Under the pieces are notes generated by a model that did not search any database, was not told where the DNA came from, and was given only the letters and a program-made list of their open reading frames with translations. 64,000 nt of DNA, from contig NW_024704742.1 of the NCBI RefSeq assembly GCF_018977255.1, forward strand, positions 51,276,001 through 51,340,000. Reading direction: 5' to 3'. The translations under genes were made by a program, and so were the position numbers. The stretch comes from Callorhinchus milii. Lineage: Eukaryota. This document shows positions 26,136 through 37,000 of this stretch, piece by piece (positions within the stretch are counted from its first letter, which is position 1; each line of letters begins with the position of its first letter).

Positions 26136-26227
26136 CTAAATTTCATACGATGATTGATTCCGCATAAATTCCATAGATTCAGAAATGCCTTCCTCAAACA
26201 GCAAGATCAAAAGAGGGCAGAATACAT
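26136..26227 (-). other. Candidate 5'-untranslated exon of the - strand gene (probably FRYL)
   Basis: ttgcag| acceptor and ag|gtaagt donor around 92 nt of non-repetitive sequence. Confidence 0.4.
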
Positions 26228-26964
26228 CTGCAATATATAAACAATTCAAAGTGCTAGTTATTCATACACAAAGTAAGCTTTAGAAGTTTAATTGAAAAAA
26301 AATCATGAACATTCTTGACTGGTTACTCATGTAAAGCACAGAGAGTTTAATCAACTTTACCCACTCTGCGTAAAGCTGATTCCAATCTTCTGGGTTAAAA
26401 ATCTCTTAAAACCCATCTGTTCAACTGTGCCCTTGGTCTTCACACTTGGACAGCATCCACTATTACCACTGTTGAGCTCTTTGTGTCATACATGAATAGT
26501 ATGACTGTATATAGATGCAAATTATTGCTATTGATAGCGAAAAGGAAAATACCTCGCTTTGCTTGGTCACATAGTTCAAAGCAAAAATAGCTTTGATAGC
26601 TCTTTCTTCTTAAAATAACCCCCACCTTTGTAGTTTTGCAATTATCAATTCCGCAAGTTGATTTGATTGTGCCTCTCCTTTTCAAGGAGCTAAACCACAA
26701 AATGAGATTGAAATCATTATGTGGAGAAATTTGGAATTGAATCCACAAACTACCTTCTCCACTTTCAAAGACTCATCAATTCACGGACTAAATAAATTTT
26801 AAGAAAGACTAAGAAAGTCTCTAAGAAGCCTGGATTAAGATGGGAATTGGGGTAATTGTCTGATCTTCTGCTATTCATTCCTTAACACTTGTATGTCTTA
26901 ATTTCCAGAGATTGAATAGAAAAAGCATTTGTAAGATTTCTGCAATTTGCAGTGCCTGAGCTAA

Positions 26965-29900
26965 TCATAGAATCATATAGCACAGAAGGAGGCCATTCGA
27001 CCCATCTTAACCGTGCCGGCTCTTTGAAAAGAGTTTCCAAATCAATCCCACTCACCCGCTCTCCCCATAGTCCTGCAAACTTGTCCTCCCCAAATAATCT
27101 ACTTCTCTCTTAAAATTTGGTATCGAATCGGCTTCCACCACCTTTTCAGGCAATGCATTCCAGATCCGAACAACTCGCAGTGTGAAAAAATTTCTCCTCC
27201 ACCTTCCCTCTGTTTCTTTTAACAACTATTTTAAATCCGTGCCCTTGGGTTACTGACCCACACACCAGTGGAAATAGTTTCTCCTTATTCACCTTATCAA
27301 ATCCCCTCATAATTTTGAATACTTCTATTAAGTCTCCTCTTAACCTTCTCTGCTCCAAGGAGAATAATCCCAGCTTCTCTAGTCTCTCCTGATAATTGAA
27401 GTCCCTCATTCCTAGTACCATCCTGGCAAATCTCCTTCGCACCCTCTCCAATGCCTTGACATCCTTCCAAAAGTGTGGTGACTAGACCTGAACACAGTAC
27501 TTTAACTGAGGCCTAACCAGTGTTTTATGAAGGTTCATCATAACTTCCTGACTTTTGTATTCTATGCCCCTATTTATAAAGCCGAGTATCCCGTACGCTT
27601 TTTTTAACAGCTTTATCTACCTGTCCTGCCATCTTCAAAGATTTACTTGTATGAACCCCCAGGTCTCTGTTCCTTCACTGCCTTTACGATTCTGCCATCA
27701 GCTTATACTGTCTCTTCTCATTCTCCCTCACAAATGCACCACTTCACATTTTTCCACATTAAACTTCACCTGCCACGTGTATACCCATTTCACCAGTCTG
27801 TCTATGTCCTCTGGCAGTCTGCTACTATCCCCCTCCCTGTTTACTATTTTTCCTAGCTTAGTATCATCTGCAAACTTGGAAATTGTACTCCCTATACCCA
27901 AGTCCAGGTCATTTATGTAGATCAAAAAACAGCAGTGGTCCCATTACTGACCCCTGGGGGACACCACTGCACACTTCCCTCCAGTCAGAAAAACAACCAT
28001 TCACCAGCACTCTCAGCTATCTGTCTCCCAGCCAGTTCTGTAACCAATGCTGCCACTGTCCCTTTAATACCGTGGGCTTCGATTTTGCTTACAAGCCTCT
28101 TATGTGGCACTTTATCAAACGCCTTTGTGGAGTCCTGTAGCTCAGTGGTTAGAGCACTCGCTTTGCAAGTGAGAGACCTGAGTTCAATTCCAGGCAGAGG
28201 GCGAAACCTTGGGCAAGTTTCCTTACTCCACACAGAGCCTAATAATAATCCCTCCAAAACCAAAAATAATAATAAATTGGTTATTTTCAATCTACGACTG
28301 TTTGTGGGACATTGCTGTGCGCAATTGGCTGCTTTGTTCGCCCACAAATATACAGTCAATTCACTTTACAGTGTGTTCTGTGAAGCGCTTTGGGATGTCC
28401 TCCTGACATGAAAAGCGCTATATCAAATGCAAGGATTATTATTATTTTGAAAATCCTACACTCTCCTCCAATACTGTGGCATTTGCCTCATCCTCTTTTG
28501 TGAAGACAAATGCAAAGTACACATTCAGTACATCACTCTGCCTCCACAAGATTTCCTCTTTGGTCCCTAATTGGATCCACCCGAGTTGAACTAACCTTTT
28601 ATTCTTTATATGCTTATAAAATACCTTAGGGATCCCTTTTGTTACCCGCTAATCTTTTCTCATACAATCTCTTTGCCTCTCTTATTTTCTTTTTCAGTTC
28701 TCCTCTGTATTTCCTATATTCTATTTGATTATCTTCTGTACTTTGGACATTTATCATAAGTCTCGTTTTTCTGTTTTATTTTAATCCCAATTTCCTTATT
28801 CATCCAGGGAGGTTTGGATGCACTACTTTTGCCCTTCGTGGGAATGTATTTGTTCTGTCCCCGAACTATCTCCTCCTTGAAGGCTTCCCATTGCTCATTA
28901 GCTATTTTACCTGCCAATCGTTCTTTCCAGTCCACCTTGGCTCGGTCCCTTTTTAACTCACTAAAATTAGCTCTCTTCCAGATGAGTATCTTCACCTTTG
29001 ATTGTTCCTTGTCCCTTTCCATTAGTATTCTAAACCTAATGATGTTGTGATCACTGTTGCCTAGATGCTCTCCTATTGAACCCTGTTCCACTTGCCCCAC
29101 TTCATTCCCCAGAACTAGATCCAGCACTTCCCACTATTTGGTGGTCCTAGTATACACCTAACAGAGTAACAGCTCCTTTTCTGCTCCTTAACTCTAACCA
29201 AATAGATTTTGTTTTTGGACCCTCTCGCACATTGTCCTTTCCAAGGGTTGTAACCATGTCTTCAATCAATATTGCCAATACCCCCCACCCACTCCTTTTT
29301 TTTCTTCCCTGTCCCTCCTGAATGCATTGTAGCCAGGAATATTCAGCTCCCATTCCTGCCCTTGTTTGAGCCAGGTCTCCGTTATTGCCACTATATCATA
29401 ACCCCACATGTCAACTTGAGCCTGCAGCTCACCAATCTTATTTGTCACACTCCATGCATTTACGCACATGAACTCCAATACCGACCAAGTCTGCTCTACA
29501 TTTCTCCCCTGTCTAATCCCTCCTTTTTCTGGATTACTCCTTATTACATTGCTATTCGTCTTTCCCAGCCCTCTATGTAACTTGTTTGACCTCTCTGATG
29601 CTATATCCTGATTCCCTTCCCCCTTCGAAATTAGTTGAAACCCTTCCCCACAGCACTAGTTAACCTCCCTGCGAGGACATTGGTCCCAGCCCTGTTCAGG
29701 TGTAACCCATCCACATGGTACAGGTCCCACCTGCCCCACAACTGGTCCCAATGATCCAGGAACCTGAATACCTTCTTTCTGCATGATTTCTCCTGTTATG
29801 CATTCATGAGTTTGATCCTGCTGTTTTGATACTCACTTGCATGAGGCACTGGGAGTAATCCAGAGATCACCACCTTTCAGGTCCTAACTCTTTAGCTTTT

Positions 29901-30220
29901 TCCCTAGCTTTTGATACTCTCCCTGTAGGATCTCAGCCCTTGCTTTCCTTACGTCATGGATCCCAAAATGGACCAGGACTTCTCGATGTTCCCCTTACTC
30001 CTGTAGAATATTTTGTACCCATTCCGTGATGTCTTCAACTCTGTACAAGGGAGACAATATACCATGCGCGTCACATCTTTGGTTGCAGAAACACCCGTGT
30101 ACTCCTTTCACCATTGTGTCACCAATGACAATTGCATTGACACTTTTCCCTGGGATTCCTGTGCATCCACCCCTGTGCTTTTGACTCTCCTCCCCGGTAT
30201 TTCAACTGCAACCTGGAAGG
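26965..30220 (-). mobile_element. Long CR1 LINE (upstream region, APE endonuclease, RT, 3' UTR) with internal deletion and nested SINE
   Basis: YDIVAITETWL, LDLVLGNE..LGNSDHNII, KAFDKVPH, SKFADDTKL, LFSLEQRRLRGDLIEVFKI. Confidence 0.95.
28127..28446 (+). mobile_element. Young-subfamily tRNA-derived SINE inserted in CR1
   Basis: Nearly identical to 40187-40510 and 54977-55302; splits the DFQ/KAFDKVPH codons. Confidence 0.95.
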
Positions 30221-30440
30221 TCTAAAGGCCTTGTTTGCTGAAATCAACATTTCTATTTATTACATAATTTCAAAAACAATACGATTAAACTAAACTTTCA
30301 ACCCTATGGCCTCCATGTCGAGACAGTTCATCTTGAAAAGCCCTCTTCCATATGCCACTCACAGATTATCACACTGAAAGCTTTGGAATGACAGCTGAGA
30401 CAAACAATAAAGTTCAACCTGATCTTTCTCTTGTTGAAAC

Positions 30441-30622
30441 CTGGTCAAACTTCAATAGTCTGTCTCCCAACTGGCTATAAATGATTTTTGCCAATCAGAG
30501 AATAGATTTATGGCATGGGTACTAGTTACTGAATGGTTTGTGCGTCCCTGGGGTCACAGAAGAAAGGTAACTTTACTATTTAAGCTCAAGGTGAATAAGA
30601 ATACAAAACAAAAGTTTAAATG
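30441..30622 (-). other. Candidate 5'-untranslated exon of the - strand gene (probably FRYL)
   Basis: Strong polypyrimidine acceptor ttctcttcttcccatttctttattttttcag|; donor uncertain (cag|gtttca at 30440 or cag|gttgaa near 30418). Confidence 0.35.
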
Positions 30623-30895
30623 CTGAAAAAATAAAGAAATGGGAAGAAGAGAATATTTTAATATTACAATAATGGAGCAATTTGTAACAACTAAAATCTT
30701 AAGAATAGTTATCCAAGGGCATACAGTATACAAGCAGCAAATGCAAATTATAGTTTGGTTTAGATTGAATGGTTGATTTCCCCAAGGTCCATTCAAAGCC
30801 CGTAGACCATCCTTTGGGCAATCGAAGACCTTTGAAAAGATCATGGAGAATACCATTAAAGAACCAATCGCACTACTGGTTCTTTGATAACATTT

Positions 30896-31215
30896 AATCC
30901 TGTAGCTCAATGGTTCGACAACTCGCATCGCAAGCGAGATACCTGGGTTTGATTTCCGGTAGGGAGAAACCTTGTTTACCTAGCAGTAAGTAGGAACCCA
31001 GTTGTTAGTCAATTAGTGGATCACTTCCTTCAAAAAATAATAAAATGGTCATTTCAATCCATGACTGTTTGTATGACACTGCTGTGCATGATTGGCTGCC
31101 GCATTTCCCCACAAAATATAGTCAATTCACTTTACAACATATTCTGAGAAGCTCTTTGAGACATCTCAAAGACACGATAAGGGGCTATATCAAATGCAAG
31201 GATTGTTATTATTAT
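30896..31215 (+). mobile_element. tRNA-derived SINE with L2-like tail
   Basis: Head, body and tail recognisable. Confidence 0.88.
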
Positions 31216-31689
31216 TTATTATAACATTATACACAAAGATCCAAATTTGGTGTTCTGCCTATGAGCTCCTAAAGGCGGTGATATATTGCTGTGGCATAGC
31301 TCCAAAATGTGCTGGCAGTCCTCCATGTTGACATTCTGCTAGCATGATCTTGAATAGAATCTCAACACGTTTAGCACAAGAGGCCATTCAAGCCTATACT
31401 GCCTCTGCTGGGCTACCTTTCCCACAAGAGTCACTCTTATGTGATGTCCTTTTTCCTCTAATTTTCGGCGCCTCATTTTTTTAATATAAAAGATGCATCG
31501 AATTTACCAACGTGGTGCTCGACTTGGTTTCACCAGCCACATGTAGCAACATGTTCGAGTCGCAACAACATTTGTGCAAAAATGTTTTATTCCAATCCAC
31601 CTTTCTGCTTCTAGTAATAATCTTGAATTTATACACCCATTCATCCATGGGTGATAGGAGCCAAGTGCGTCCTTATCTTGCTAAATGTT

Positions 31690-32060
31690 CCCAGGTTCAA
31701 GCCCCACATCGAGACTTGGAACTCATATAGTCTATGCTGACACGAGCAGTTTGCTGCATTGTTGAAGGTGCCATGCTTTGGATGACATGTTAAACCAAGG
31801 TCTCAACTGCCTGTTCATGTGGTTGTTGAACATCCCATGATATTTTTTTTTGAAAAGAAGTCTTTTGTGTCCTGTGCCCTGCTCAACACTTCCCTCAAAA
31901 TTTGGTCACTCACTTCATGTCTTTTATGGAACATTGTTTTGCACAATTAGCTGCCTCATTAACCCACAAAGTACATAGTCACTTCACATCCTGCAGTAAA
32001 GTGCTCTGAGATATCCTCCAGACATGGAAGGCGCTGTATCAAATGCGCGCATTATTTTTA
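31690..32060 (+). mobile_element. Deu-domain SINE
   Basis: ggtgccatgctttggatgacatgttaaaccaagg..catcccatgat core plus tail. Confidence 0.75.
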
Positions 32061-32779
32061 TGCATGTAATTATACTTTACAAAACTGGCTTGGTGAGATC
32101 GCAATCAGAAACGGTGATTATTTTCCCCCCTCATAATTCAAGGGACAATGAATATCATTGTAATGCAGCACTATTGCCTGAGCTGAGATGATAATTTCAC
32201 ACAATACATAGATCCACAGACCTTGCAGCTATGTCTTCAGATTTTGTTTTTTAATAACTATTCAACTTTTGACTGCAAAGAAATAATCGTGACACATTTT
32301 ATTCCTAACATTACACTCAGATACTGTAAATAATAATCCTTTCATTTGATATAGCGCCTTATCACGTCTTCGAGACTTCTCAAAGTACGTCACAGAATAT
32401 ACTATAAAGTGAATTGAATGTATATTCTGTGGGCGAAACGTGGCAGCCAATTGCGCATAGCAGTGTCCCACAAACAGTCGTGGATTGAGTGACCAAATAA
32501 ATAGACCTTTATCAATGTTTGATCATCTACAGTACCTACAGTCATCTCCCACTCTCTCCTGCTCAACGTCAAGTTTTGCTACTGTTAAACGTTCCTGCAT
32601 GAAGGGTGAAAGTTGTTGTTGATGTAAACAAGAAAACATCAAATATGGTATGGCAGGAACACAATTAATTTTTTTATTAACTTGTAAGGTCTACGTTCGA
32701 AACAATTATTTTACTAGTTAAATTCACCATACCACTCGTGCTAAATTCAAGTCAGCGCTGAATTATTTTCCCAAGACAT
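32060..32779 (-). pseudogene. Decayed Y-type ORF (copy B2), split by a 5'-truncated SINE at ~32332-32496
   Basis: TAA-A-ATG junction; ..VSNVDL/QVNKKINCVPAIPYLMFSCLHQQQLSPFMQERL..KVYYL[SINE][16 protein letters not shown]; reconstruction needs 2 frameshifts. Confidence 0.58.
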
Positions 32780-32780
32780 T

Positions 32781-33270
32781 TTACACCCAAAGCAGGATTT
32801 CAATAGGATACTTCAGTATAGCAACTCTATAGATTTTGTCAAAGGTCCTCAGACTTATAAAATGTGTCACTGTCTTTTGCTGTAGGCTGACTATAGTTTG
32901 TGCCTTGAGCATTAAATATCTGGACAACTGGATTGAATTGTACACTGCATGCCAGGCAGGCACAATCCACGCTGAATTCCTGAGGGTGGATTTAGTGGAG
33001 GTTCTCTTATACTGTTCGCCATAGTATTTCATCTCTACAATGCACAGGTTATATTTCAAACTGAAGAATAACAAGTGCTAGGGAGACCACCATGGGGCCA
33101 TTACTGGTCGATCCCCCAGAGGAAATCGATAGCAATAAACAATGAAATTGTCTGGAGGGAAAATATGCGCTTAAATTCCACAACAGAATATAGACGCACA
33201 TGGAAACCAATGTGAAACCAATTCCTGGGAGCTCCATCACTGATTCTGAGGCCTAAAATTGAAATCTTGT
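32781..33270 (-). pseudogene. Decayed X-type ORF (copy B1)
   Basis: NWFHIGFHVRLYSVVEFKRIF(fs)PPDNFIVYCYRFPLGDRPVMAPWWSP*HLLFFSLKYNLCIVEMK..LLWV*; last 97 codons open. Confidence 0.62.
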
Positions 33271-33299
33271 TTTAGAAATGTGACTGTAAAACTGAGATC

Positions 33300-34035
33300 C
33301 CATCAATGGCTTCTACCCTGCATCTCTGACCTCCTCAACCTCCCTAGCCTATCCCTCAGACTTACTGAATTAGCGCACAACTTAGGCGTCCCTGACTAGG
33401 ATTGCCTTCCTCCACCTCCGCTACATTGCCCGCCTCTGACCATACCTTACCCCAGACGTAGCCAAAACACTCGTCCTGCCCATCACCTCCTGACTTGACT
33501 CCTCAAATGCCCTCTTTGCCAGTCTCCCCAACTCCACCGTGCACAGGATTCAACTCATCCAAAATTCTTCCACCCACACACTCACCCGTACTGAACTCCG
33601 TACCCCCATCACACCAGTTCTAGCCAGAATCCACTGGCTCCCTGTCATTGAATGGATCGATTTCAACATCCTCACACTCGTTTTCAAATCCCTTCATGCC
33701 CTGGCACCTCCCTACCTCTCCAACTTGCTTACCCCTAATCCGCTGACCCTGTTCGGCTGGCTCTGGCCTTATGCACATCCCTAGTGCCCTCCGTTCCACC
33801 ATCGGTGGCCGCACTTACAGCCACTACATCCCAAAACTCTGAAACACTCTTCCTCTATCCCTCTACTTTGACCCTTCCCCATTTTCAGGTCGCATCTGAA
33901 GACCTTCCTATTCAACTGTGCCTATGGTCACCTCCCACTTCGCCCGGCTCGGCCCTGTGCTCCGTCCGGCACAGTCAAGCACGCTGGAACGCTACCCTGC
34001 ATGAGGGGCACTATATAAATGCAAGTTGTTGTGTG
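33300..34035 (+). mobile_element. L2 3' fragment
   Basis: IQLIQNS, PITPVLARIHWLPV; ataaatgcaagttgttg tail. Confidence 0.92.
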
Positions 34036-37000
34036 TTTTGATTCAAACAAAATTTATCCAATGGGAGGGAATGAGGAATAATCCAATACTTTGAAATGTT
34101 ATGGACTTGCTTCAGATCAGTATGTATTTGCCTATCAAATGCATACTAGTCATTCAACAACACTGCAGTATATCCTTTGGCACCAATTACAACCATTATA
34201 AGTATAGCTCCTGTAATATAGAGGTTTATTTTGCACACCAACAAAGTTTGAATTGATACCGAAACAATTGTAGATTTCATGTCTGAAGTCGAACTTGGCA
34301 CATTCAGTACTTAGGGTATCTACAGAATATGCTTGAACAATCCAGGGGGATGAATTTAACCTTTTTCATAAGCAGCTGATTAATTCTAGTTATTGAAGCT
34401 ATCATTCACACATTTGAGAGAACACACAAGCCAAGTAGTATTTCATTACACATGAATAATGCATCAACTTGTGTACTAGAAAAACATCACTACTGATGCT
34501 ATAACAGTTGTTCAGTCAATTAGACCAGAAAATAAAAGGGGAACCCGACGCTTTGAAATAAAACATTCCTTTCCACTCTTCCTATTTTTTGCTTCTGCTC
34601 TTTACAGTACTGCATACATACCAATAACTACCCCGTATAAACCTTTCATATTTTGCTTTCACTAGAGTACCGAGTACTAGAAAAATACATTTAATGGTCA
34701 TTTTTAAACAGGTGGCTATTTGTAAATAATGTAGCACATGCTTGGACTACCAAAATACCAGTAGCAAAACCCCAGAACAGCTGGTAAGAGAAATTAGTGA
34801 TTTTATCTCCAATATCAAGAAAAATATAAATTGAGCTTTCAGTTGATTCAGTTACATTTTGCCCAATAATACTTTTTGTATCTTGATACCCAATACTGTT
34901 GATTGCTGGCTCAATCATTTGAGTATTTGCTGCAATGATTCCTAAATGTGCAAACAATTACTTGCAATATTAAAAGTTCCATACAAGTATAGAAATTTAC
35001 AATAAGTAGGATATTCAGCCCATTGTGCTTATGCTGGCTCTCTGGAAAAAAGAGAGGTCCCAATTTTGTTCCCAATCTCCTGTTTATTTTCCCCATGCAC
35101 TTTTATATTTCTAGTTTTGGTTATTTACCTAATTCCTTCTTAAAACTTAATATGAATTATGCCTCTAGAAGGGGCATTCCATGTGCTAACAACTCTATGT
35201 AAAAAGTATTGGAGTTTTAAAGAGTACATTAGGATACAGCTGGAATCGAACCAGCTAAAATCGCACAGCTTACTAGCATGAGGTACTGTAAGCTTCCTGC
35301 TGCTTCGCCAGCTTACACCATACTACCCTTTAGGTAGTGCAATGCATTGGAGTGTCTGCCTAGACAATATGAATGCAAAATCCTGACATGGGCCTTGCAC
35401 CGCTGGCTTCCTGACTCAGAAGTGACAGTGCTACCTTAAACGTTTCTGATTTTTCATGATTTGTGCCTTTTTTAAAAAAAACATGGCTGAACCATGAGTT
35501 TCCATTAAATAATCACTAGAACAAAATGACAACCCTATAAAACCTGTAATCAGTTTTAGTTTATTTGAGCAGATAGCCAGGGTTGTCCATTCACCCCAAT
35601 TAATGTGAAATAGTCTCGGAGGATCTTGTTCGTGGAGAAGCATGTTCTTTGTGTGATTCTCACGGAATTCTGAAACATTTCACGAAAGGATCCTAAAGCC
35701 AATTCTGAAATATTTATAAATTTATATTTATGAAATATTTTTTCCATTAATTAAAGACTGAGAGGGAAGAGGCAAGACATCCAGCATTGATTCGCTCCAG
35801 TAGTATTTATACCTCAGAGCTGGAAATTGTATTTTAAAACCAAACACTAATTTTACCCAATGGCTTGAAACACAAAGCAGATATGATCTTGTGGCACTAA
35901 CTGCATTTACACAACAATTTCAGTATAACAAGACTAAGTTTACAATCAGGAAACTAAGAAGAAATAAAATGCATCTATAGTGATTTACTATAAATGCACT
36001 TTACAGCAACTGCCAAATGTTGTGGTTTTTCTGTGTTGGCAAACTTGGCAGCCAATTTACACACAACACAATTGCCTGCCAAAGAAACTAGATAAATTTG
36101 CTTCTTTTAAATAGCCCTCAACTGTGAGCACAATCTCCAATATGGGTCTTGAATCTATAACCTTTTGATCCAGAGGAACGGGCAGTTTCTGAGCTGTACC
36201 TTTATGAATCTATGAACCCAGCACTCCATACCAATAGGAAGCATGACTGCAATTGGCAGACATGGTCCGTCCGGTCAAGTTATTCACTACAGCAATGTGT
36301 TAAAATATCAGGGGACATGAGGAAATAATTATAAAAAGTAGAAAGTTAACAATAAAATAGTCTGCCATTCATCCCATCTCATTTGTGCTACTGTTTTTGT
36401 AACTTATAACTTTTTTAAAATTAACTAAGGTCCATTTTATATGCAGTTTAATAGACTGGTGGGACAATTTACATGAAGAGGTCATTAAGGTGAACAGCAC
36501 AAATTGGTTTAAAAAGCAGCTCTATGGAGAGAAAAGGAATAAGATGTAGGAAACAGTCTGACAGATGGGGTTAAGGTAAATCAAATTGGAACAGACTTGT
36601 CGCTAAGCACCTTCCCAGTTTCACAATAATTATGTTCGGACTAAAAATGATAAGTAAACAAGTGACAATGTTATCAATCTAGAAAGAAACTGAGCTATGG
36701 AGAATGAGAGCGTGAATATGAAATGAAGATCGAGTATTTGAAATTCTAAGAGTGCATTCAGCTTCCTCTCAAATTAGTTTACTTTCCCGCACAACTGTTC
36801 AAACCTATCTCCATCTCAGCTTCATTCTCAATTTCTTCCATAGCTCAATGTTTTTCTAACCTGCTTTCTTTCTCTACTTATTTTCCTCAACTGTCAGACA
36901 CATCTGCCAAAAGCCCAGAATATCAGCAACATTTTCATAATCCACTACTGAACAAGTGTTTGCTACAAAAAATATTCTTAAACAAAATACACCAAACTAG

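Noticed and set aside
32960..33060. LCIVEMK as a herpesvirus UL24-type PD-(D/E)xK nuclease motif
   Set aside because: No correctly placed upstream acidic/PD motif, and the Lys is not kept in copy A1
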